A stretch of DNA of 64,000 nt, taken from Lophium mytilinum (lineage: Eukaryota). Under the pieces are notes generated by a model. It did not search any database, was not told where the DNA came from, and saw only the letters and a program-made list of their open reading frames with translations. The translations under genes and the position numbers were made by a program. Location: assembly GCA_010093605.1 (NCBI GenBank), contig MU004187.1:1-64000 (forward strand), written 5' to 3'. Positions 13,160-24,084 of this stretch are shown in pieces (within the stretch, counting starts at the first letter, position 1; each line of letters starts with the position of its first letter).

Positions 13160-13577
13160 AAATAAGTAGAATTAGTTAATAAATAGTAGTATTATAAGTA
13201 TTATTTTAATTTAGGGGGTATTATTTTAGTAGGGTGCGCACGGTGCCGCACTCTGCCTTATTCCGATCCCTTATTTCGGCGCCGAAGAGCGAGGCTAGCG
13301 CTGAGCCTAGTTATGTGACGGTAATTACGTGCTAGAGGGCACGTCACGCCGTTGCGTGTGTTAGGAACTTTTCGCGATAGAAGTCGCGTTACGGCCAGAC
13401 AGTAACATGTAAGGCAATTGCCGCCTGGTTGCGGTCCTTGGGCGGCTTCAGCTGAATTTCAGCCGCACCTCTTGGCAGGAGTCGTAAATCTACAAAAGGC
13501 GCAGACTGCCTCACCCTGCACCAATCTTCTCCTTTACCGGGTACGGCGTATAAAGTGCATTGAATCCGATCGTCAAA

Positions 13578-16387
13578 ATGAGGTTTTTCATGTTTGGACC
13601 CAGCTATGATGCCTGGGCATTGGGCAACGAGTTGTGGACCGCATGGAGCGATAATCTCGATCCTAGACTCAAGAAGCTTTTTGAAGGCGCCGAGCTCAGC
13701 GGCGACACCATTGATTGGGTTTCGACCGCCACCGATGGCAAGATCTACATGCCTTTCTTTCCGAAGGTTCTGGGTTATGGTGGTCTTTACGTGAACAAAT
13801 CTAACGGTGCAACTTCCGGTGAGCTCCCTCCAGAACGACAAGATTTCAGTCACAGCTTACCAGTTCCAGTTTACAGAACTCTGGATCCCACCCTTTTAGC
13901 GGATACGCAACCTGTTAGATTGAACAACTGGGGTTTGCAGACTCGAACTGTCGAACATATCAGCTTCTCCTCCGGTGGAGGCTGGGTTGTGGCATACAGC
14001 GACGGTACACTGCGAGTCTCCTCTACCGGAACTTTCCCAGACGCGTTTCACAACAGCCTCAAGGGGCTCTTGAAAACAAGAGGATGTATGGATCCGCAGG
14101 AGACCACGATCAAATATGTCTTCTTTGGAGCGGGCGATACTCTCGTGGTCCAGATGAAGAATGGGCCGGTCAAGATGTTCGGAATCCCATCTGGTCTGGA
14201 AGATGCTATTGTTGAGGCTAATGGGCGGGAGCAAATGCTTACAAAGAGCACGGTTCTCTGCCCGTGGGATTCACGCTTCTACTTTGCACATTTCCAGTCT
14301 TGGAACCATTGGTCCATGCCATCAGAGCATTATGCATGGGACATATGGCCGAACGGTCGGCTTTCCGACATTGTCCTGCGAGAAGTACTAGAGTGGCAAG
14401 TACCGGCCTCCTTTGACGCAGTAGTGCCATTCAATCAGCCTCCGCCGCCTCTTGGACAATCGAACGGTTTAACACCGACCGCCGCTTCCCAGCCAAAGCC
14501 AACCGATGTGCCCAAATCCAAACCACCCACGGCCGCTCCGCCAAAACCGACTGTACCGGCCGCAAAGGATAGTAACCCATTCAGAAACGCAGCCACCAAG
14601 AACAACCCAACACTGAATCCCAGATCTGTTTTCTCTAAGGAGGAAATTCAAGATTTTGAAAACGTATTCCGCCAGGGGGAGACCGATGGTTCGGGGAAAA
14701 TGAACGCTGACAACGCAGTCCAGTTTCTTTCCAGTTGTGCTGAGAGTATTGGAGGGGTAACCAGCAACATGCTTGGACAACTATGGGATAAGGTGGACAA
14801 GGACAATAGTGGTGATCTGGATTTCGAGGAGTTCCTGCATGCAATGGCACTACTGGGGAACCTAACAGATGGAAGAACCTTGGACGACGACATCATGCCT
14901 TCTGAAGCCTTTAAAACTGAAGAGAACCTAACCAACCTGCCCATAGATCCACCTCCTGCCTACAGTAGCTCCATACCTTCAACGACCGACGACGCCACGA
15001 GCCGTGCCCCTGTGGCCACCCGAGAGGTCAACAACATCCTGATCTGCGATATCTGCTGCTCTACAATCACCGATCTGGCTTACTCCTGCAACCAATGCAA
15101 CGACTGGGACATGTGCCAAAGATGCCACGACAGCGGCAAAATCTGTCCCGATGCGCACGCTCTTACCCTCACCAAGATCCAGCTGGGAGCCGACCTAGAG
15201 GACGCGCTCAGTGGCATGAACCTCAATGGCAAAAAACAGGGCCAAACGAATCCCAAGAATTGCGGTGGGAAAAATGGCGACAGTTCCAACCGAGAAAACG
15301 ACGATGCGCAGCTCAAGGACTCTCTTATGGCGTCCGTCATCACAGAGAAGCCAAACGTCAGATGGGACGATGTCGCTGGTCTGGAAGCCGCGAAACAGGA
15401 ACTTCGCAGTGCAGCGGTATTGCCAATCAAATTCCCCGAGCTGTTCAGCGGCCAGCGCAAGCAAAGGCGTGGAATGTTGTTGTACGGGCCACCTGGGACG
15501 GGCAAGAGTTTCCTAGCCAAGGCCATCGCCACGGAGGTGGAGTCGACGCTCTTCAGCATCTCGGCCAGCGATGTGACGTCTAAGTGGCTCGGTGACAGCG
15601 AAAGGTAAGCTTGCGGTCCAGCAGCAGCGAGACAGTTGACGCCCACTAACTCCTTCCTCAGACTCATCAAGCAACTGTTCAAGCTCGCCCGCGAAAAAAA
15701 GCCGTCCATTATCTTCATCGACGAAATCGACGCACTTTGCGGCTCCCGCGACGCACCGGGCGCAAACCCGCTGACGCTGGGCCTCAAGACAGAGTTGCTC
15801 GTGCAGATGGACGGCGTGGGCAATGACAACGAGGGCGTGCTGCTGCTCGGCGCGACGAACCTGCCGTGGACGCTGGATCCCGCGGTGCGGCGCCGCTTCC
15901 AGCGCAAGATCCACATTCCGCTGCCGGACGAGAAGGCGCGCCGGCAGCTGTTCAAGATCAGCGCGGAGAAGATGGAGGTTCCGCTGGGCAAGACGGACTA
16001 CATTGAGCTGGCGAGCATGACGGATGGGTTTTCAGGGAGCGATATTAGCAATGCGTTGCAGGATGCGCTTGATGTGCCGATCAAGAGAGTGCAAAATGCG
16101 GGCTTTTACCGGAAGGTGAGTGGTGTGAAGCCCGCCAGACGTTTTTCCGCTAACGACTGTACCAGGTGCAAGAGGAAGGAAAGGGACTGTTCATGCCATG
16201 CGAGGAGAGCGACGGAGGTGCAATCAAAATGACATTCATCGATGTGCCGAGAGGAATGCTCAAAGCGCCAGTGGTTCGAAGAGAGGACATATTTGCAGTT
16301 CTCCGGGACGTTAAGGCTTCGGTAAGCCAGGAGGAGATCAAGAAGTGCATGGAATGGACTGAGCAATTCGGATTAGAAGGCGCCTAA
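13578..16387 (+). CDS. Chimeric Vps4-family AAA+ ATPase (N-terminal repeat domain + EH domain + ZZ zinc finger + Vps4 AAA/Vps4_C); introns 15605-15661 and 16116-16165
   Basis: [14 protein letters not shown], Walker A GPPGTGKS, pore loop SKWLG, Walker [23 protein letters not shown] and C-terminal [10 protein letters not shown] typical of Vps4. EF-hand pair with [21 protein letters not shown]; CxxC..CxxCxDWDMCxxC..H ZZ pattern. GT-AG introns with branch sites restore the frame. Confidence 0.9.
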
Positions 16388-16791
16388 AGGTTAAAGATAA
16401 TATTCGTCCTAAGATTATTTAATTAGCTTCTTTTAAGTATTACACTAGGCTTCTAGTATATGCAAGAAGCAGAACAAGCTTGACTGACAGTCAGCGGGCG
16501 ACCGGAGAGCGGATTTGGAATCTCAGGATCAATTGCAGACATCCCTCGGGGGGGGCCTGTTCCTAAAGATTATCCATCGGCATTACGATCGCTCTTAGGC
16601 TTAGTCTAGGAGGCGAGTAACAACAAGTTAGGCAAACCTTCTACTCTTAGCACAGCCCAATTCCCAAACCGCAATCTTACGATGACACTTTGATGTTCCA
16701 GCACAGACTCCCAAACACCACTTTCCCTACTGCGTCTCTCAGCAACTTCGCCCATTCTTTGCCCGTAGCCATAACCTTAATATCTACTTTC

Positions 16792-17937
16792 CTATTCTAC
16801 CTCCTCGGCGTGGGTTGCCGGTAGTTCATGCATTGAATGGTAGCCCACAGGATGCGTGAAGATCTCATGCACAGGTGACGACGCCAACTGGGGCATCTCG
16901 CTATTGTTACCTTGGCTCGATCTGTCCACGAAGCCTGAGCCGGCATTTTGAAGGCGTCTCCGTCGGCGGGAGCGGAAGAAGAAGAAAAAGACTGTTGCAA
17001 TGCCGGCGAGGGCGGCGAGAGGGATCGCCACGCCCAGGCCTACCTTTGCGCCGGTGGAGAGTCCAGACTTTGGAGAGCTAGAAGGTTTGGATGAAGCAGT
17101 TGGAGTCGGCGTGGAGGAAAGGGTTGGGCGTGGCGTGGATGAAACCGTTGGTGATGGTGTGCTTGGTATAGCTGTGAGCACCGCAACGTCCGAGTGTTGA
17201 TACCAGATGGGAACCCCATTTCCCCATACATATGACGCTGCCGGATACTCGCTCTTCGACACTGGCCCCGGAACCCAGCCCCTTGGGCCGTCAGCTCTGG
17301 GAACTATGTAGGAGACGACCTGGTTCGCGGTGATGGTGGAGCTGCACCAGTGATTGAAGTTCTGGTAGCTGTATCCGCTACTTTTGGATGAGCTTTGAGT
17401 AAGTGCCACTGTTGACCCAAGGGATATCTCACCTAGGGCAGCATAACGCGGCGGTGGTCTCAGAACCGATCGCTATCACAGTGGAGCCGGGGTAAAATGC
17501 GTCGGGATTGGGAATGGTTGAGGAAAAGGTTACCGCCTCGTAATAGCCGTATGGACAAATTGCAGGACTATCTTCAAGAGGTTAGTAGGAGTGCAAGGTC
17601 GGCTTACAGAAGTAAGAAGTCGCTTACAATAGTAGGAAGCCCAGTCTGCGCTCGTGCCTAAAAAGTAGGAGGTCAAATCGACACTTGTACCTAATTCTCT
17701 GGCTATTGAGGACGCAGGAGGATAGCAGGCCAAGTCTATGTAATTCGTCCCATAACCATATTGCATTATACCCTCGCCTGATGGATATACCAGTGTGAAC
17801 GTCTCCACGCAGGAGGCTGGGGGTACAAACAGTGTGGTGATAGGTCCGCGATTGTGCTGGGAAATGATGCTTTGGTCTGTTATTAATACTACGCTGTCGG
17901 TGGTCGCTGCCGCCGGCTGGGTTGTGATTGCCGCCAT
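16792..17937 (-). CDS. Ser/Thr-rich single-pass membrane protein (Mid2-like fungal family), 3 exons
   Basis: Spliced model gives CYPP..., YYYSPAICPYGY, ALCCPSGY, a Ser/Thr/Pro stalk and TM GLSTGAKVGLGVAIPLAALAGIATVFFFFF followed by RSRRRRR. First intron 17572-17627. Confidence 0.8.
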
Positions 17938-18485
17938 CCAGACGAGAAGATTCCGTAGCACGAGAATGAGGAAGAAAGAGAAGAGACGGCTCTGAGCATA
18001 CAAAAGCTGTCAGCAGCCGGGGGGAGAAGGCGTTCTTAGCATGTATATAGTGAAAGGTACCTAATATGAAGGGCAAGCTCTACCTTGGAGCGCCCATCCA
18101 TGTCGTTTTAGGCGGCGGCCCCCAAGCCTTGCAGGTTTGAGAGCCCATTTCAGACTTTCAGCTCTGACAGAAACGGGATCCGGGACTGCGGGAATCCGAC
18201 CCTGTACCATTGGTCGAATGTTGCACAGATGGGACTGGTGAACTGGTATTAGATTTGCTACATGATTACTAAGAGCGTTTTCATTGGATTGGGGCTCATT
18301 GAAGTGGAGCATTGGACGCCTGATTTAAGCTTCTGGGGGCGGGAATAAAACGCATGTGAGTAAATCAGGTGACGTGTAATGGGAGCGAGTTTTGGATGCG
18401 CCGATGGTCGGTTTGATGTGCCGATGGCGGTGTTGATATGTTTGAGTAGAGAAAGCGTGCATCCGCGTTGGGGCTCTTGGTGGTG

Positions 18486-18783
18486 GACAACGGAGACGTG
18501 CTCTGACCAACACGACATGTACCACCGGCTCTTAGGTGTTACATTGAGATTCCAAAATTAGACAACGGAAACGTTTTACAACCAACACAACATGTACCAC
18601 CGGCTCTTAGGTGTCACGTAGAGATTCCAAAATTAGACAATAGAAACGGTCTTCAACCAACACAGCATATACCACCGGCTCTTAGGTGTTATATAGAGAT
18701 TCCAAAATTAGACAACAGAAACGGTCTCCAACCAACACAGCATATACCACCGGCTTTTAGGTGTCACGTGGAGATTCTAAAAT
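18486..18783 (+). repeat. 75-bp tandem repeat, ~4 copies
   Basis: ACCAACAC..CAT.TACCACCGGCTCTTAGGTGT....GAGATTCCAAAATTAGACAA recurs at 18506, 18581, 18656 and 18731. Confidence 0.95.
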
Positions 18784-20324
18784 ACGGTGTCCTGGAAGGG
18801 ATGCTGGCTCCTCGGCTGCGAACTAAACGGGGCAGTACATTTTTGAGGCGCTGATCCGGCGATGAAGGACGTACAGGGCGCAGCGCCCGTTGAGAGGAGA
18901 TACAGAAGCAGGCAGAGATGGTGGCAGGCTGAAGATTCAGATGAGAAGCAAGAAAAGATGGAACTGGAAAGTTAAGAGAAGACAGAGCTTGAAGCTGCGA
19001 GAGGAAAAACACGGGAGATTGCGAGGAGTTTATAGAGAGGAAGACATTGTACTGCGCGTCCTCCATTCAAGACTTGGACGGCGAGCATCTTTACGAACAG
19101 CAGTCTATTACCTAGCCAAAAAGCGATTCAAAGGGCACCCGAGCTTCGAGTAGGAAGCCAGGTCGGTGGGAGGAGGCCGAGAGGATTAAGAAGGGTCACG
19201 CTGGGAATAGTGGTGGTGGTGGTCGTGGTGGTGGTGGAGTTGGCGGTTGCTTCCGAAACCCGGGCCGACCGACTCGCTGTTACAGCTATAAGGCTGTCTC
19301 TCACCATTCTGCCACTACATCTGGTGCGCCGGCTGGCGGTTGGAGACTCAAAGACGCCTTATAGCTCGCTCGGCAGCTCGCTCTGATTGTACTACCTTTG
19401 TTTGTAAACCTGCAGTCGCGGAGGTATTCAAGACCGGGCTGATGTGGATCGCGTTTCGGGATGAAACGCTGAGGTCCGATTTGTGGAAATTCTCCTCTGC
19501 GCTCCGGCCCGCCTTTCACTTGCACTTTCAATTTCAAACATAACAGACCGGGCGGAAAGCGACGAGAAAGAAAGCGGGCACGGCGGATGTTTAAGCGCAT
19601 GCAGTTGTCAGAGACATGCTTGAGCTCATCAGTTCGCAGAGTAGACGACTGTCGGAGAGTCAGTAATGATGGGCCTGGGCCCTGTCGGGTCCCTCACTCG
19701 AACACCCTGCACCGGAGATGAAGCGATCTGATAAGCCTTTGAAGAGTTCTTCTTATCTGCCAACCAAGCTTTAGGATCTGTATAGCCAAGCTGCATCAAG
19801 CTTCTCCAAGCACGAGACAACGTCGCGGAATCCAATGCTTAACGATTGATGGTAAATTCACATGAGCCCGTATGGTAAAGGAGATTTCGCCGGCGTAGAA
19901 TACTCTACTTCCAGTTCCTCCGCTCCCCTGATTTCCGCGACTCGTTCTCCCCGCGAATCTCGCTTTGCGTCCGCCTACGCGGCTCCGACGGCCGCCCACT
20001 CCACCTGTTGTTTCAAACCACGCAATAGCGGAATGTCGCTGTCGAGGCCAGACCCGTTTCGTTTTGCTGTCCGAAAACAAATGCCAACGCTGCCCTACGA
20101 GCCCTGCTTCTATGGTCCCATGGCGTGGTCTCGGAGATTTTCTACCGTCTCCCTGAGGGTACTTCTCAGCGACGAGGATCACGGCGGCATCATAGCAATA
20201 CATAAGACACTCGTCGCCGGCAGATAGTCCCAGCATCTCATCATTCATTCATTCGCTTCCCTTCTAACAGATACTCTCCTTTTCATTCTCTCTGTCTCTC
20301 ATTTCAACAAGCACAATCTTCAAC

Positions 20325-21483
20325 ATGCACTCCTTTGCTAAAGCAAGCGTCTTTCTGAGTGTCTGCAGCGCCCTGGTTGGCGCTGCCCCAGTCCCAACCC
20401 CAGCTTCAATCGAGGAGCGAGCTACCACTTGCACATTCACCTCAGCTGCTTCCGCTTCCGCTAGCAAGAAGTCCTGCACCAACATCGTCCTCAGCGGCAT
20501 CACCGTGCCAGCCGGCAAAACTTTGGATCTTACTGGCCTCAAAACGGGGACAACCGTATGTCCAAGTCAATCTATGGGAATGAGTCAACTAATCTCCATG
20601 ACAGGTCACTTTCGAAGGAACCACGACTTTTGGCTATGAAGAATGGAAAGGGCCATTGATCAGCGTTTCCGGAACCGACATCACGGTGAAAGGCGCGTCT
20701 GGCCATGTCATCGACGGCAACGGTGCTAAGTGGTGGGATGGCAAAGGAAGCAACAGCGGGAAGACCAAGCCCAAGTTCTTCTACGCTCACTCCCTCACCG
20801 ACTCTGTCATCACCGGCTTGAACGTCCTGAACACTCCGGTGCAAGGTTTCAGCATTGACGGAGCGTCCAACCTTACCCTCTCATCCATCACCATCGATAA
20901 CTCTGCTGGTGATTCCGAAGGCCACAATACCGACGCCTTCGATGTCGGCGATTCCGACACTGTCACCATCACCGGCGCTGTCGTCAAGAACCAAGACGAC
21001 TGCCTTGCCATCAATTCCGGCACCAACATCATCTTCGAGAACGGTTCATGCTCTGGTGGCCACGGCCTCTCCATTGGATCCGTGGGCGGCCGCTCCGACA
21101 ACACCGTCAAAGGCGTTACGATCAAGAACTCCAGCATCTCCAACTCCCAAAACGGCGTCCGCATCAAGACTATCTCTGGTGACACTGGTTCCGTCTCCGA
21201 CATCACCTACTCGGGCATCACGCTCTCTGGAATCACCAAGTACGGTATCGTCATCGAGCAAGACTATGAAAACGGCAGCCCAACTGGCACCCCAACCAGC
21301 GGTGTCCCCATCACCGGCCTTACTCTCACCGACGTCAAGGGAACCGTCTCCAGCAGTGCTACTGACATCTACGTCCTTTGCGCTTCTGGCGCCTGCTCTG
21401 ACTGGACCTGGTCCGGCGTCAGCGTCACTGGTGGCAAGAAGAGCTCTGCGTGCGAGCATGTCCCATCTGGTGCTTCTTGCTAG
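20325..21483 (+). CDS. Secreted endopolygalacturonase, GH28 (intron 20556-20604)
   Basis: Signal peptide and ER-ending propeptide; catalytic motifs NTD, QDD, GHG and RIKT; C-terminal cysteines. Confidence 0.97.
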
Positions 21484-21914
21484 ATGCCTCTTTTGAATGA
21501 GCGACAATCTAATGTTTTGAGTCGGACGATGGGCTGGCAACAATTTCACTGAATCTAGGCAGGCCTCGGGAGGAGACGAAGCGAGTTTACATTCTTTGTG
21601 CATAGTATTTCAAATAGCGATCACGTACAATATTATCTGGTCTTTACTACTCTATTGACGTTCGGCTGAGTCTTGGGAAACGCCTTCTCTTGCGGAACTC
21701 CGTCTTCGCAAGGGTTAGTGACCAATAATCCAGACATCGCTCAACTGCGCATGATGCAACTAATAGTAGATACTGCTTGTCCAACAAATGCGGCGCTGCA
21801 TTCTACCCCCGCAGCAAAACCTCTATTTGAGTACAGGGCTTTCAGAACCTTGTCCAATCTCGTGCGTACATAATGATGCAGTAAGCTCGTCGTTCCTCCC
21901 TCTCTACCCTCACC

Positions 21915-23733
21915 TCAAGCTACTGCAAATCGGCTCCTCAGCCTCAATGTCTTACCAAAAGAGTAGATCACATATATGCCTGCGCAGCAACCCGCACACA
22001 GTCCCCCTAGAAGACTAACCCCACCAGCAACACCCATGCCCAGAAACATTGGGCGCGAGTATAGAATTGCGGCCGCCGCAAACACACTCCTCGCGAAACC
22101 GTTGGCGGCGAACAGCGACCCGGCGTAGCGCGGGTAGGTGAAAGGCAAGTAGATGAACATGCATTGCGTGATGATGAAGACGCCAAACATACTAATCGCA
22201 ATGCCGACAAGGGAGATTATGAAGTGAAGGGATGGGCGGGATGTCCATGCTGCGGTGGTCAGCTTTGCATAAGAATGAGGTGAGTATTGGCGCACCGTAG
22301 ATGAAGAGGCCTGCAGGAATGAAGAAGGTCGCAATAAGTCCAGGCCGAAGTCTCGCTTCCGGTGGGATCTCGTGGCCTTCTGCTTCCGCTTTTGCGAAGG
22401 TCGGGTCGCTGATCCAGTAGAAATATGCACAGTATGCCGCGACCGCAACGAAAAGCCCCGCAAGCACAGCTAGAAACGCAAGGCCAAGTTGACTGAGATC
22501 GAAACCATAGATATCTTGATACACAAGTGGAAACGATTCGAAGAAGGAGTAGTATATCGCATAAATCAGTGCTGTGTAGAAGGTTGTGAAGAGCATAGCT
22601 GGGTCTTTAATGTTGATTTCCCACGGCTTGATGAGCGCCTGGGTGAGGATCTCGCGCGTCGCCATCTTCTCTTGGTGTATTTCGGACGTAGAACGCAGGT
22701 CGGCACGGCCAGTGAGGGTACGTAGGCGCCGAGCGCGTTGGAGAAGAATCTTGTCTGAGGAGGTTTCGGGAAGGGCGAGGAACATGAGGATGAAGACGGG
22801 GCCAGTGAACCAGAGGAGTTCCCAGGAGCTCCAGCGCCAGTTTTTGTATTGAACTGCGAAGCCGCCAACGAGAGGACCCAGCGCCTAGATGTGTCGAGTT
22901 AGTTGGTAGGCCCTGATGTAGTAGAGCAAAGAAGCGTTGCACATTGGCATTACTTCTAAAAAAGAAAAACTTACGGGCGCCAATGTCGCTCCACCACCCC
23001 ACAACGCGATTACATACGGCATCTCCCGCCCACCGTAGAAGTCCCCATAGCTAGCGCCCCCAGTTGCCAAGCATGGAGACCCAAAGAAGCCAAGAAGGAA
23101 ACGCAGCACCAGCAGTCCGGCAAAGTTGTCCACCAAGCTCGTCGGGACGCATAACACCACAAACAAAGCGTATGTAATCACGTATGGTGGATTTCGTCCG
23201 ATTGCTGGAACCTCTGAGAGTGGCGAAAATAGCATTGGCCCTACGCCGTATCCAATTACATACAACGAGAGACCTAATGCGGCGACAACTTCGCTGACGC
23301 CGTAGAGTGAGACGATAGCTGGTTCGCTGGCCGTATAGAGAGAAGAACCAATGTAGACGGACAATGTGTAGATGAGAATAAGGAATGAAGTCCATATCTT
23401 CTTCGCGGAGGACCAGTTGTGGGGGTTGGCAGGGTCGGTGTCGGTGTACCATGTTACGAGAGTGATGCCGTCGGAAGAACGATGAGCACAGGTCGTTTCG
23501 TCACTTTCCTGGTCCTCTGAAACATCCTTTGAATGCCGGGGATTGAATGTTCGATGACTTGCTTCCTGTCCAGGGTCTGCGCCGTAGCCTGATATGTCGA
23601 CGAATAGATTTGATTGAGTGTGCAACGCTGGGAGTATGAAGTCTTTGGTGTCTTCGGGGTAGGCGGCGACAGATCCACGCGTAACAAAGCGAAGGACCTG
23701 CCCTACGGCAGCGTCCCTGAAAATATCGCGCAT
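21915..23733 (-). CDS. MFS multidrug transporter, DHA1 family, 3 exons
   Basis: MRDIFRDAAVGQVLR start; WYTDTDPANPHNWS; GPMLFSPLSEVPAIGR; LRFLLGFFGSP; PPEARL. Confidence 0.93.
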
Positions 23734-24084
23734 GATGGACTATTAGGACTTGTGTAGGATTCTTGAAGAAGAGGAATAAATCGAGTGTGTGTGATATTCA
23801 AAGCTCCCCTGGGATGCAGCAGAAGACTTTGGCCTTATACATGTGCAGACCTTATAATTCGGGGTCTTGTACAGTTATCTTTCTATTGAGGTCCGTGTCA
23901 GCGCGCAAAGCTAATCCACTCTGTGAGGAGGCAAGGATGGGAGGTCGTGGCGTGGAAACTCGTCTGCTGAATTGGGTTAGCTTTGCGCGCACTCATGAAA
24001 CGAACATCACCAATGTTCCCGAATGCGTCTTGAGCTGGGCACTTCTACGAGCATTCGATCTAATTATGAAGGCCGTTGCACATC

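Noticed and set aside
96..13230. Telomere-linked RecQ helicase, telomere-targeted non-LTR element, or functional ORFs in the AT block
   Set aside because: Only gypsy pol and TIR-element relics are recognisable, and all frames are full of RIP-generated stops. 5383-6500 could not be assigned.
15080..15991. 303-aa antisense ORF (and similar antisense ORFs over the GH28, permease, MRX11 and VPS1 genes)
   Set aside because: Shadow ORFs produced by GC-rich codon usage on the real coding strand; no motifs.
18486..18783. CRISPR-like array
   Set aside because: Units are similar along their whole 75 bp with no unique spacers; eukaryotic context and no cas genes.
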